In this document: positions 1 to 13,285 of the stretch, one piece after another
Layout of the letters: the number at the start of each line of letters is the position of its first letter
How positions within the stretch are numbered: the first letter of the stretch is position 1
Origin: Pocillopora damicornis
Lineage: Eukaryota
Assembly (NCBI RefSeq): GCF_003704095.1
Contig: NW_020846908.1
Location: forward strand, 1-64,000
Length of the DNA stretch: 64,000 nt
Direction: 5' to 3'
The notes under the pieces: model-generated
Told to the model about the DNA's origin: nothing
What the model saw: only the letters and a program-made list of their open reading frames with translations
Database searches by the model: none
Program-made: the position numbers and the translations under genes

Positions 1-1190
1 GCCGGAAACTGTTTCAACAACTCCCTCGTAAAACTGCGTTGATCGCTGATGATAATCCGTAGGCCGGAAACAATCTGAAAATTACGGCAGTGACGCAAAC
101 TTTCCTCTTGGAAAGATAAACGAACAGATAATTTCTTGATGTCCGTTCTCAGGGTGTCTGTAAAACATTAAATGAGTATTTCAGGGGTATCCCATATACC
201 ATACCGGGTTAGAAAAATACTACAAAACTCAGAAATTCCGCTAAACATAAGGACATTCTAAGAATTTAATTGTGGTGGTGCAGGTATTGTTTGATCAAAA
301 TATGTTATTGCACGATTGCTTATTAGGATGGCTAGACTTCTCGACTCCTTTTTTGTTTATTTTGTTGCATGAGGAGAGGGGGATAATTTTTTTTCAACTT
401 AAGAGTCTTTCCACTCATTTTGACCAGCCTTATAATGAGAAATTATCTAAAAACTTGAACTTAGGTTTGAAATTAAGACCTCATTTTGTTCTTTTAACCC
501 AGACTGTTTTCAAACCTCGTTCTTAACGTGATAACATCTTTTTTCTGTCGGGAAAAAAAACTTTAGTACGTGCTCTAAGATCCACGAAACTTAATTAAAA
601 GTTACCAGGCTTTGTTGGATTTATTTAAACTATATCTGATGTCCTTCCTTTTCTCTTTTACTTTGATTTACTTACTGACGAGATGTTATTAGCACACCCA
701 CGTCAAAGATATTTTTCTTTACCTGACATTTTAGGGAAATTACTCGCAAAGAATAAGTTGACTGTTTATAAACGAAAGTCAACAAACCAACAGCTGTGAG
801 CTGTAAACAAAGGACATGTTACTTTCAGTGAAATTACTGTTTGAACAGGTACATCCACGTCTAAATTCGCACTGTACAAAGGAACTGCGCCAGCTAACTG
901 AAATTTACATGCAACTTTATTTCACCGCGGATACAACAATTACAACATACAACTAAATCAATAAATCATTTTCTCATCGCCTGATAATGAATCAGGAATC
1001 TGACCAACCACAGAACGGTATCCTAATGTAAATCAACAATTGACCATGATCACTTATTTTAAGTAACGCCTACACGTCGTAACAGAAAACGCGATTTCAA
1101 CTACTGTCGGTTCTCCTCTGCTAAGTTTTGTCAGTACAACTTTTGTGAATATAAAAAAGCTGTCGGTGATTTGAAAAAGTCTAACTCAAC

Positions 1191-2318
1191 ATGGGTCACC
1201 ACCCAAAATATTTTGGGCCGATGGGTGGCGATCGCTATGCTGAAATCAAAGCATTGGAAATGGAACGAAAAATGTATTTTTCTACCTTATTTATCATCAG
1301 CATGACGCTGTTGGCTCTGGGAATCGTGGCAAACGTTATTGTTTGTTTTGGTCTGTACAGATGTAGGAATAGCAGATCTCCTACAAAGTTGTCTCAATTC
1401 TTCATCGTTCATTTGGCCATAACAGATCTGGTGTACAGAGCTGTGAGTGTCATTCGGGAAAAAGAGGACAAGAAGCAGGATCTGAGTTCAAAGCACTGCA
1501 AAATCGCGATATTTTCCCAATTTTCATGCGCTGCAGTGTTGTTTGTTCTCTTAACGGCCATCGCTTTGGATCGCTACGTTCATATTCTCTATCCTCTTCA
1601 AAGTTTGACGATGAACACCAGAAAATATCTCACAATATTTTCCATCTGGCTGTATGCTTTCTTGATTTCTTCCGGTTTCATCGCAAGTGCCTACCCGGCT
1701 TCGAAAATCTTCAAATTTCCTCGACCAACTATTCCATATTCTTCACGAAATTTAACGACAAATAACTCGAGAAGTTTTGAATACAAACCTCGTCACACGC
1801 ACTGCGTCCCTGGAGTCTCGGGTTCAAGGGAGCGAAAAGTTGCCTTCACGATGTACTTCGTATTCGCTTTTTTATTTCAGCTGTTCTTAATTGTACTTTT
1901 CTACACCAAGATAACCATATTCTTATGGAAAAGAACGAAAAAGAACAACACTATAAACAGAAGTGCTGCGAAAGCAAAGCTACGAGCTATTCAAATGTTT
2001 ATCCTTGTGGTATTTAGTTTTCTTATTAGCTGGGGACCAATAATGATTCTGGATATGTATGCCTCATATTCCATCAAAAGGTTGGGAGTATTTCATAAGT
2101 TTCCTTTGAGACCACTATTTGATTGTGTTTCACAAACAAGTTCCATACTCAATCCGTTCATATATGCGTTTGGCGACGCAAATTTTAAGAGGGGCCTCTA
2201 TCTTTGCTTTCGTAGAAGGCAAGGTGGCGGGCAAATTACTCGAGTTTTGCCTGCCACAGTGAAAGAATCTTACGTTGAAAAGAGTAACCAGTTAAGTCCA
2301 AGCATAAGAGTTCAATAG
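1191..2318 (+). CDS. Intronless class A (rhodopsin-like) GPCR, orphan, peptide-receptor-like
   Basis: 375-aa ORF with about 7 hydrophobic segments and class A motifs: AN(V) in TM1, LAITDL in TM2, Cys at the top of TM3, ALDRY, SWGP in TM6, NPFIY in TM7 and helix 8 (NFKRGL). The ligand cannot be assigned. Confidence 0.93.
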   Translation: MGHHPKYFGPMGGDRYAEIKALEMERKMYFSTLFIISMTLLALGIVANVIVCFGLYRCRNSRSPTKLSQFFIVHLAITDLVYRAVSVIREKEDKKQDLSSKHCKIAIFSQFSCAAVLFVLLTAIALDRYVHILYPLQSLTMNTRKYLTIFSIWLYAFLISSGFIASAYPASKIFKFPRPTIPYSSRNLTTNNSRSFEYKPRHTHCVPGVSGSRERKVAFTMYFVFAFLFQLFLIVLFYTKITIFLWKRTKKNNTINRSAAKAKLRAIQMFILVVFSFLISWGPIMILDMYASYSIKRLGVFHKFPLRPLFDCVSQTSSILNPFIYAFGDANFKRGLYLCFRRRQGGGQITRVLPATVKESYVEKSNQLSPSIRVQ

Positions 2319-3057
2319 CCGTCGCCCCACATTTGCAAACAGTGGATCTTCTGTCCCAGAGAACATTTCACGCAATCTTCCCTGTAATTTTTTTATGTAA
2401 TTTAATTAGCCATAAACGCAGTTTTGGACGAAAGTCTGTTTTGTCATTGCAAACAAAGACAATCTTTTTCCTCAGTCATTATAATTTTTCGCAGTTTAGC
2501 TATGAAAGAGACAAAATTTAAAAAGTGGAGCAAGATCATTATCATAAATCTTTTGTAGTTGAAGTTGGTTTATTAACAAGCAACTGTACTGTACTACATT
2601 GACGAAAAAAATCGTTCATGAACCAAACGTTATCATTCTTGATATAGATAAATTGAGAGTTTTTAGTGCAGAATTAGGCGTGTTAAAAATACAATCAAAT
2701 TTTCAACCTCGCGGTAGAGTCAACGAATCATTCCTATCAAAACTCACAGGTGTTACATCGTGAAGTTGGATTGTTCTGACAAAGTTTCAAAGAGGTGGGA
2801 AACAAATGATTTGCATCGTTAAAGCGATATTTGGGGTTCAGAAATTTTTAATGAAAGACAGAACTTCTATTGTTTGGAAGGTGCTCTGTCTAAACATTTA
2901 CTTTGTGGTTTATTATCCCAACTAATCAGGGGTTTTTATTTCTAAATTTCCCCTCCCTCAAGAAGAAAAAGGATACGTTTTTTGTTTAAACGCCTACCAT
3001 CAACCTACCAGCAATTAAAATGATTGTTGACCGAAGACCGATTTCATGGTACAATTT

Positions 3058-3210
3058 GTATAGGTTATCACATGATCCCGAGTGCAATTTGGGATAATTT
3101 AGCACGAGCAAATTTTTCAAATGCTAGGGCTCATGCTATTTGTAGTCCTTGAAAAATTTGCGATCTCTAGTTAATAATATACAAGCAAAAAAAACTGCGA
3201 TTTGTGATCT
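3058..3210. repeat. Decayed palindromic interspersed repeat
   Basis: gcaaatttttcaa ... ttgaaaaatttgc inverted arms surround a short spacer. The left end (taggttatcacatgat...) resembles a common anthozoan repeat family (recognised from memory). Confidence 0.45.
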
Positions 3211-5372
3211 GGAAAAAGGAAAACACATGGATGTGGCTTTCATTAAAACTTTTAACACAACAGTGGGTTATGGCCTCACAAGTGTTAAGAAACAAATTAG
3301 TTGTGTTTCCGACATGCCTTTTTCTTAACTTGGCTCGAATCACATCTGCCAAAACTGGAAAAAATCATTGGATGTATAAAGAATATAACGAAATAGACAC
3401 AAACGCATGCATTTATATCGAGAGTTTGCTAACTGAATCTTGTAAATTTGGTGAAAGCAAGATACTGCCGAAATGTAATAGAACAGGGAATGAATATTTA
3501 ACGATTATCCTGATTGTGATTCTCAACAAATTAAAGACGTTGTGGCGACTGTTGGCTTAAAAAATGGTCTTAAGCCAATTATTTCGATTTATGAGCCACG
3601 AGCGAGATTTTCTGAAAAATGGCAGTGTATTTGCAGTGTTTTACTCTTAAAATACGTAAATGTTTTTCATTTTAGGAACGAGTTCATGACCTTACCTTCT
3701 TTCCCTTTGCCATCCCTTTTTAACAGGCAGATTTGCCCATCGTAAATCGAAGGCAAAAAATTTACAACTTATGTGTACAGTCGAAGCTTACTTCACGGAC
3801 ACTCGCGTTTAAATATACGGCAGTTCTCTTGGTCCCTGACAAAACCCACAAAAATAAGCTCTTTTAAAATTTCCAATAATTCCGTGCCCTTTGGGCTTAC
3901 TAGAAGATACGTCACAACTGTCGGTTCCATCATTTGCGTGTATGGTTCTCAGATAATCAAGAAACGTGCCCTCAAATACGTTCAAATTGTTATTTTTCCT
4001 TTCTTTCTAGCTTTCCTTTGTTTTCAGCTCTTAAATATCACAGACCAGCTGTAGTTTTGTGTTTTCATTCGTCTTTTGTCCGCTGTTTCGGTTTTGAACA
4101 TCTCTATACTTTCAGCCGATGTTTATCCCTCCCAGTCAAACTCCCCCTTATTATTCCCCTGAAGCTAAGCTGCATTGTTATTTGTAAACAGTGTACGATG
4201 GCCTGAAGGTTATTGAGTTCTGTTCTACTTCTGTCGATACTTGCATCAGTAAAATGCTGTATTTTCACTAATAAGACAACTTCACACAGACACCCGTTAG
4301 TACCAAAATATTCTTTAGTTTCCCTGATTTGGTTCGAATTAGCAAGGATTGAATGTACCTTACTGAAGCTGGAAAATTCATAGCATTCGGCGGTAGAACA
4401 CACATCATGTAGGTCGATGACAGAGTCCATTCGTGTCTAAAAACGATTGTCACCACCATGAATAGAACGAACGAGCCGACGATCGAGCAGAACAATTCAT
4501 TGGCACCATGAAATTAATATTATGGCGCGAAACAGATGTTTATAGATCCAGGTCCTCTCGGGCAAGTGTTCAGCTTTGCAAAACGTGACAATCATATGTT
4601 TAGAGTTCGAGGTTGTGAACATCGCATGACGTTTTCATCAGCGGAAACTAGTCTTTACTATGCTAAACGAGAGGAAACCTAAGTAAATGCAGTGGGCCAT
4701 ACAATTCCCGTGGTAAATTATCATTTCCTAAGCGAAAGAAAGAGGCAAGAGGAATAACAAGGTGAAAGGCTTGTGTACAAACTAACAAAGATACACAATA
4801 TTGACCGACCGGGATCAGGTAAGATGAACTTTGTAAACAATCTACGTCCATGAATTGCCCACACCTTATGCCTTCAAACCCTTTGTTATGTTCATAAGAA
4901 CTCCAAGTCTGCGAATTTTACAGGTCCTGATATCCAGAAAAAAATTGCTTTTTTTACGAAGAGGGCAGAAGTTTCGAACTGCGTAACGCAATATTCCTGA
5001 ATATTCACCAGTTTGCCCTAAGGCAGTGCGAGTAACGTCATATTTGCTTTGTGATTTATCTATCTCTATAGATCAAGATTGTTAGGCGACGAATCCATTT
5101 TACATTTTTGAAGTTTTGCTAATAACTTGATTGAATATTTTGAGCTACGAAGAATAATTTTCTCATTTTGCGATCCAGCTACTTAGTAATAGCCCACAAA
5201 GAGCCACATAGAGCCTCTTTGATTATGTCAGGTTACATAGCAGGCGAAATGTAAAGATTTATTTACAAATAAAGGGTCTGAGTGCTGACGAAAAATTCTG
5301 ATTTAGTATAGAATTGAAAAAGGAATGATTTTGAAAAAATCTTCCTTGCTTCTGTGTGTGTTCGCTCGTTTC

Positions 5373-5946
5373 TAAGGTCTCAATGGCCATTTTACAGCTA
5401 ACGGTAAATGTCACTCTCTTGTTGTCACTTGAAATTGTTTTAGGGCTCACCCTTTTTACGATTGTCGGTTAAAATTTGTCAATTTTTACGTCCAATGGAT
5501 AAATTTCTTTGCCGTTTTACGGCTATCAGTTAACAACATTGAGACCTTCTTTCTACTGCCGGTTTCTTAGGAGTTTTCTTGGCGGATTTGCGGCTGTTTT
5601 TTTTTTTTTTTAACCCCCATGTATCTTTTCCTTAGTGTTTTGACAATTTAACACCTTTTATTCCCATAAAAATTCTCATAATTCGCTTGTTTCGTAACAT
5701 CATGGCTCGAATAGTACGCGACCTTGGGCAACTGTAAATAAGTCATTATCAATACTCTTCACAGCCTCGAAGGGGTTGACCGTTAACTGTAAAACGAGCA
5801 AAAAATTTAGCCTTAAGCGTAAAAATTAACAAATTTTAACCTTTAGTCGTAAAAAGTTAACCGAAAAGTTAACTGTTATCTGTTAATCGTAAAATGACCA
5901 AAATTTTAACCGGTAGCCGTAAAATCCACCACCCCAGTGAGACCCT
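5373..5946. mobile_element. Two adjacent decayed MITE-like elements with GGTCTCAATG-type termini and internal (ttaaccgttagccgtaaaa)-like subrepeats
   Basis: aaggtctcaatg (~5374) pairs with cattgagacctt (~5548). A second unit at ~5772-5946 carries repeated aaattttaacc..agccgtaaaa motifs and ends in tgagaccct. Confidence 0.55.
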
Positions 5947-8900
5947 TTATGTAGACGCAACAATCACTTAACTTATTCCTGCTTCCGGGCATGTTTTGAC
6001 CGCCCTCCCGCACACAAATTTCTTTAGAAACGCAAAAGAGATCGCATCAAAATCAATTGAAAACGCGAGAGGGTTGCTAGGTTGCCACTGACAAGGAGAT
6101 CCTTTCTGATTTATGTAGAAAACAACGTTTTCTGTTTTAAAAATAGCCTTTAAATTGTGGTTGTGACACAATTTAAATGACCTTATGACCTCTTCATTCA
6201 ACATTGTCCTTGTCTAACCCATCTATTATTAAGCCGGTCTCTGCTATCAAACAAAATCACGAACTGTCGTCACTATCAAGTCGATGCTGAAATGCCAGTG
6301 ATCATATAAGAGATATGACAGATGTTCGCTTCACAAAACACTTGTTGATTTAATTTATCCCTTAGCTCGAGGAAACATGCCGCAGATGGAAAGAAACAAT
6401 TAATTTTAAGCTCGATTGAAGAGCTTACTTATTGTCTCTAGAGAAAGGCGCAAACGGTTTCCCACTTGCTGTGACCGCATCTAATTTTGTTTTTATCACG
6501 CATGGTTGCACTGTTTCTCCAAACCACTGACCACTTAGTCTAACCGACTCTTTTCAGCTTTGCATTGTGGATAAATCCTTCTCTTATTGAGCCGTTCAAG
6601 ACCATTTTAACTGAGTAAATCAGGTGATTTCATTGACCTGCTAGAGTAGTTTAAATTTTCATTGCATTTGCCGCTTGCCCTCGGGGCGTAAACCGTATAA
6701 TCAAATATATTGGGTGCTGAGCGGCCTCGCTAAGAGATCGAAAGATGGGAGAATGGAGAAAAAGTTCAAACTTGCAAGGATCAATGCGGCTTTTCTTTGA
6801 CTTGGAAGAACAAATATAATTTCATTTGACAACTTGAATCAGCAATGATTATCAGTCCTTTTCGGACGTGGCCGTCTGTAAAAGCCACCGTCTCTTATCA
6901 TAAGGATTTCGCTTTCAGGTCCCTCAGATAAGAGCATGTCGATTTTACCGTGTTCTCAGTCCAACCACCGTGCCTGTGTTAGGGGCTCATTATGTTGTCG
7001 ATGGGAACTGCTCCGACTAAATTCGTGAGCGTCCGTCAGAAGTGACAAGGTCGAATGATCACTATGGGTTTGGCCGCTGCATGGCATATATTTCGCTTAG
7101 CTTTACTATCCCAAAAACCCCTGCAAAACCTAATCGGATTTAAAGTGAACTCTCTAAAGGTCAAAAGGATCTGGGTCACAGCCAGTATATAAACTTGGAA
7201 AGTAAGCTTTCAAGTTCACCGTTGTATGAAGATTAATTGTACCTCATCTTGTTCTGTTTTGTTTTATTCTTGATACCTCGGTGTGATATGTATATAAATA
7301 CAATCATGTATGACGATTAAATCGTAACGCAAGTGGGACAGATCATGAAGTGGGATATGTGTCCTCTGCCGGTCATGCGCATGTACTAAAGCCTGGATCC
7401 AGCGCCAGCGTATCAAGCTTGAAGAAGAGATTAGGATGATGTAGTAATTTGCTCCAAGATGGAGAAAGGTCACAGTTGAAAACGGTAGAATTCCCACGGA
7501 CAGATTCTTTGATTCTTACAGTGTTGACTTTTTCAAAATCCGTTTGGTTTAACAATTGTTTTGGTCTTATTTAGATAGACGGTCGACTTGTGACAATTCG
7601 AATTCTTATGTTGATTGATTGATTGACTGATCCTGAATAAGAATTAATTAGTGAAGGGAGAAGTGACATATTGATCCTCGAATGAAAGGCCATTTTTAAA
7701 CTGAAAGATGATTCTAACGAGGTAGAGTTGAAACAAACTCTTTATAATAAAATTCTCCCATTATTATCATCAACTGTCATAACTAAAATTTTTTTATTTG
7801 ACAATCCCTGAACTGTTTTGCTGTGAAGTATCGCTCTCTGATCAAGATCCTTATCACACTTTCTACCGCGCATGCTAACTAAATATCATGTCAAGCATGG
7901 TGAATGAGTGCAGTGATCCGTGTATGAAGACCTAGGACTGTAGCGCTTCAAAATGAGAGGTTAGTGTGATCCTTTGCATGTTAGAAGTAATAAGTTGTCT
8001 GCGAACTGACTCGGATTAGTTATTTATACTGCCAACCGGTAGAAGTATACGGGGAATTACTTCAAACAACAGTTTGATATCAATTGTGCAATCGTAATTA
8101 ATTCGCTAAGTGTTTAAACGCTGTGATCAGTAAAATGATTGGCGAAACTGAGTTTGGAATTTGCCTTTCGAAGGTATCGAAATTGTAAATTAATAATCCG
8201 TCGTTTAGTCGAGAACAAAAATCAAAACCGCGAACTTAAAGGCGAAAAAATTCCTCAGATTCAGATGATTTTATGGTTAGTATTGACACAGAGTAGACCA
8301 GAATGATTTGTAGTAGTGGAATGACTCGGAGAATCGTATTCCAACCGGCTAAAGCACGCTAGAAATTATATTCTATGAAGGTAACAAGAATGTTTACTCT
8401 TTGAAGTGCTTTTTCGGCGTAAGGCGATGCTATTTGTAGAAAATATGGTGTGGCCATTAGCTTTGTTTTGTGATGCGAAACACAATTATTAACACAAGCC
8501 GTGTTAGCCATGAATATGTTAATAGGTTTGTCACACACGCTGTCGGGTCAAGTGAAGACATCTCCGTAACCTTTCGGGTCTTGCGTGTTAATGGCACTCT
8601 CTCTATAGATCGGAGCAGAGTAATCTCGCGTTGAGTTTTAGCAAGTTAGCGGACCGACTTGTAACACTTTCACTTAATCACCATTGCCCGTTTTAAACAG
8701 TGTGTCGTAGTTAGAAACAAAAGCATATCATTAACAGATTGGCTCTGAGATAGCTGTCACCAGATGAATATCATTGTTTCATTGCCACAGCTAACAACGG
8801 TTTCTCAGAGTTCGCAAGATTTTAAAATTCCGTCAAATTACGAATGCGCTAGTATATTGTATGACCGTCCCCGCGCCGGGCAGCAAGTGGCGCATCAAAA

Positions 8901-10188
8901 AATGCCCCTGGGCCAAGAATTTTGACCTTTTGCTTGAACTGATGACAAACAACTGCAACCTACTACATCGGAAGGTTGCTACATTGAACGAGTGTCCTTT
9001 TCATGGAAACCATGGCAGGATGATTTTCTGCGTACAATGGTTGATTCTCCACGAAAATTATTTGGCGTTGTTGTTGCGTGATCCAGGTATTATAGACTTC
9101 ATTCGCCTTTGTGGCTTTCAACTATAATTTACATATGTCGAACTCAATTTCTTTGAAAACTTTGTGCGCGTGAGACATCCCGTGATAAGGTTTTACATGA
9201 TTAACACCGCGAGTTTAGTCTAATTCGAGTCAAAATCCTCCTTTCTAGGATTATGCAACAGCAAAAGGCATAGGTAGTTTTGTGTTCTCGAGAATACTCC
9301 CGCAAAACCATTTTGGTAAAGCTTTCGTTTTGTTCTCAAGCGGTAACAAAGGGATAAAAAGGACAATAGTAGTTAAACCTGTTGGACAACTTTAATATTT
9401 GTCAGTTGTTGGCGACGCAGAAAATTTGAACGGCGTTAGCACGTCGCACTTTATGACCAGGTGCCTTGCATACCGATACTGAAATAGATAGAACTTGGCC
9501 TTGAAATTTTCGGACTAACCAAACGAAATTTAAGATTGAAACGTGCAATTTGGACAACAAAGAATGAATTGATACGCCTTATCGCCCATAAGTTCTTCCA
9601 TAAACTATTGTTGTGAAGTGTAAGACTTATTACGCGTTGAAAATTTATTCAGACAATCATATTTTAGTTTTTTAACAATCAAGCAAGCATCTATTTCGAC
9701 GGAGTGAAATCCTATGTACTTGACTCCGCGTTTCCAAAAGGTCCAAACGACCCACTATTTCATCAAAAATGAACCCAAAATTTTGCTATGTCGATCACTT
9801 GCTCCTTTTGCCGAATATTCCAAGTAAAAATCATTTACTCGTCTTCATATAAAAAGACATTTGTAGTGATAGTTATGTAACTTTTCAATGCAGCGCCTTG
9901 ATCACTGCCTTTTGAAAATGAAAGCAGCTAGTTCGAGAAAGACGGTCACGAGAGATCTTTATTTTAAGCTCGTTTTCAAAAAAACGAGTTACATGCTCTC
10001 GTTTCAATTACTTGTTTATTAACTCACCGACATTATCATCTTGACCGCGATTTTTTTACTGTTCATGTGCATATTGTGTCTCTTTGTGGAAATTAAAAAG
10101 GGTAAAAGGACAAGTGAGATGAGGCGCTTTACAAAGCGTGTTGAAACTCGTGAGGGCTCGTGATAATCGCATGTTTTTTTTCACTTAG

Positions 10189-10274
10189 GTCTTAACTTGC
10201 TTTGGAACAAAGTATATTCTTCAGTCCTCTGAAAGCTTAAAGCCATTTTGATAACTATTCTAACAACGGGTTTG
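10189..10274 (+). other. Candidate non-coding 5'UTR exon of the 12024-15428 gene
   Basis: Strong acceptor (tttttttttcacttAG) and consensus donor (TG|GTAAGT) bracket 86 nt. The next acceptor (attacAG, 11947) lies just upstream of the ATG at 12024. Confidence 0.5.
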
Positions 10275-12023
10275 GTAAGTTATCTTTTAAAGCGTAGAAT
10301 TATTTATTAACTTATGACAAAATGCTCAGCCGTCGTTAAATTGACTTTCATACTCAGCAGTGAGAAATTTTCAACGCATCCCCTTGAAAAGTCCTTCTAA
10401 ACTTTTATAGTGTCAGATGTTTGTTTATTACTGTCAAGCGAATCAAAAGTTATGTTATTCAATAGAACATGAAATATTTGAACTTGGGTTTATCCTAAAA
10501 TCATTTTGTTCTAGACAGAAACAAATTCTGGCTTATCCCAGTAGTAAAAATTATTGACCGAATTCCCACAGAAAATTTTATGCAAGCTTTGTATGAGCAT
10601 TCGATGTTTGTTTACAATTGTAATCTAATAATCTAAGAATTGTTTCGCTGTTTTAGAAGACCAATTTTACGATCTTGTGCAGAGCATTAAATCGCCAGTG
10701 TATTGGCAAATGGAAAAAATCTTTAATTAGACTGTTGGGGTCGGTCTCAAATAAATTAGGTTCTCGGCAGCAGCAGGACGCCCGTGGCTCGAAAACGAAT
10801 GAGCTAATGACAAACATATTCTCTTTTCGCTTTGAAAGCACAACTGCACTTAAGTACAACGGGAAAACAATGTCAAAAGCTTTTCGTTATGAAAATTTGT
10901 CGGTTATCTCGTCAACGTAAGACCATGGTCAGTAGTCGAACACATATGTTTTCCGAGTTTCAAGAACCTAGTGATTAGAACAACGGCTAGAAAAATTTCG
11001 TGCACCAGTGGAAAGTGGATATTCTGAGGCTGCCAGGCGTGTAGCTCAAGCGCTCGTTCAATTGCGTATTACAACACAGACGGCTGAGCCTTCTTATTTT
11101 CTAATACGTGCAAATGTTTAACCTTTGTATTCGTAACTTCATGTTGAAACGATTTATTGGTAAGCTTCGCTAGAATTTATGTCAAGGGCGACTCAGGGAA
11201 ATATTCACCTCTTTTTTATGAGGAATATTGCATCAATCCTTAGGATATTGAAATAGATAAAAACGAAGATTTGCATCTTAGAGTGATTTCGCATAACAAA
11301 ATTACACTTTTGAAAAAAATCTGATGTCTAGGGCTACTTTTCTCGTGTGGTTTAAATTGTGTTTTCTTTCGAAAGCAAAGAACGCCAGATCGTCAGGTGA
11401 TTCCTGCGCAGGATGCACTCAACAGCGGTTACGAAGATCGCGGCCTCTTGGCAAACCACGAGTGTGATATCGAACGCGTGCTTAGTGAGATCATGTCACG
11501 CACTTCATTTTCCTTGATCATGTTGCGTGCATGATCGAAGTCGCCCGCCTGGAGGATATCACTTACTCAATCAGGCATCACATGTCTTTGGTACATATAT
11601 ATTTCTCAATCCAAAAATTAAGGCTTTTTTGACAAGTAAGCAACACATCTATTTAAATCCCAAAGACTTTGATCCCCTTTCCGTTCAAACATTCCGCTCA
11701 AACAAAGGTTCTGGCCGGTGTGACATTTGTTCTGCAGTCTGTCGTTGAAAGCCACCAGCTACGAAATGCTTTTCGCTGATGAATAGTGGATCTTTATTGA
11801 CAATTTCCGGTGGGTAGCTTCATCTAGGCCGTTGATAATTATAACCGAGAAACGCCAGACAACATTGCGTTGAAACATTTAGTTGCTGAAATTCCCGTTT
11901 ATCACTTTCTATTGACGTTTATTAATCGTTGGTCTGCTTGATTACAGTTTTTTCAGTTGAACGCTGACTTCAGATCTTTTGCAAGGATAGCACGTGACCG
12001 AGTGGGTGACGGTAGAAATAAAA

Positions 12024-13253
12024 ATGTATTCCCTGAAAGACATCACGAATGGCTGCGTGAAGATAGAAATCCCTGAAAATCCGCACTGCAAAGAAATAAT
12101 CTCCGCTTGCGAGATGCCAGTCGTGAAAGTGGAAATTTCTGAGTCAGCGTGCAGCACGGTCAACCACCAAACGATTTCACTTCCACAGGAGTCAATCTAT
12201 GAAGTGCCTGCTATTGAAGAAGTAAACACTGGCAGTCGAGAGGATGTGCTGAACATTCAGATCAGCAATGTTCAGGGCGCGCTATCTAATCAAATCGCTG
12301 ACAAGAATGTAATGCCTGTGTATCAGATAGAAAACCACGACGATAAACCAAACGAATGCAAAGAATTGCATTCTCCAGCAGTTGATAATAGCAACCAAGA
12401 AGAGCAAATACTAGCTGAAGGTGTACACAATCACAATGATAAACTGCCCAACTCAGTGGCTTCTCGAGAGGAGACGTCCCCCAATATGTCTCCCAAGATG
12501 TCTCCGATGGAAAGTGAAGAACAATCTCCTGGCCACAACTCGCCTGTTTTCAACGGGGAAGCATCACCTGAGACGGCTCATCAGGAGAAAGAAATTGCCT
12601 TCCGGTTAGGTTCTCCAGAGAGGGCGCCATCTTACCGATTGGCCCATCAGCCAGATGCCTTATCAGTGAAAAGCCAGTACATGGCTTACCAGTTGAGTTC
12701 CAATGGAACCAAAGCAGCTTACCTGTTTACTGCCCCGGGGATGATACCTCCCTATCAGAATGGTACCTCTGAGAGTGCCCCATCCAACCATGCTTTGGGA
12801 CCCACATCTACTCCTCTGAGTTCCAATGCTACGGTGCCACTTTGCCACATGGAGGAAACGCCCACCTCACAAAATGGGGACTGGAAGAAAAGTGAAAATT
12901 ATCAGATCACCTACTACAATGGAATGCCAATGTACTATGGTGACTACAGCCTGCTCGATCTGCAACAAGGAACTCCATTCTGGCCATCAGAGTCCCGCGA
13001 TTTGGTGTCAAACAACCAGAAGAAGACCCAGAATTGCAACTGTTGCTGCCATGCACAAAATGATTTTACTCGTTATCCTGAATTGAAAAGCCAGCGCCCG
13101 TCAGTTATTATGGTTCCTGTGAACTGGAACAGAAATAATTCTGGAATATCTCATTTGCCATTGAAGGTAACTCAGACTACTTAACTCTTTCTGATCATTG
13201 GTTCAATTGCTATATTTGCGTGGCAACATATTTTTTATTCGCTTATATACAGG

Positions 13254-13285
<32 letters not shown>

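Noticed and set aside
47-72. Hammerhead core CTGATGA...GAAA
   Set aside because: No stem II pairing and no stem I/III partners.
3167-4851. Cluster of short ORFs as a possible transposase relic
   Set aside because: No recognisable motifs. The region looks like a mosaic of decayed repeats.
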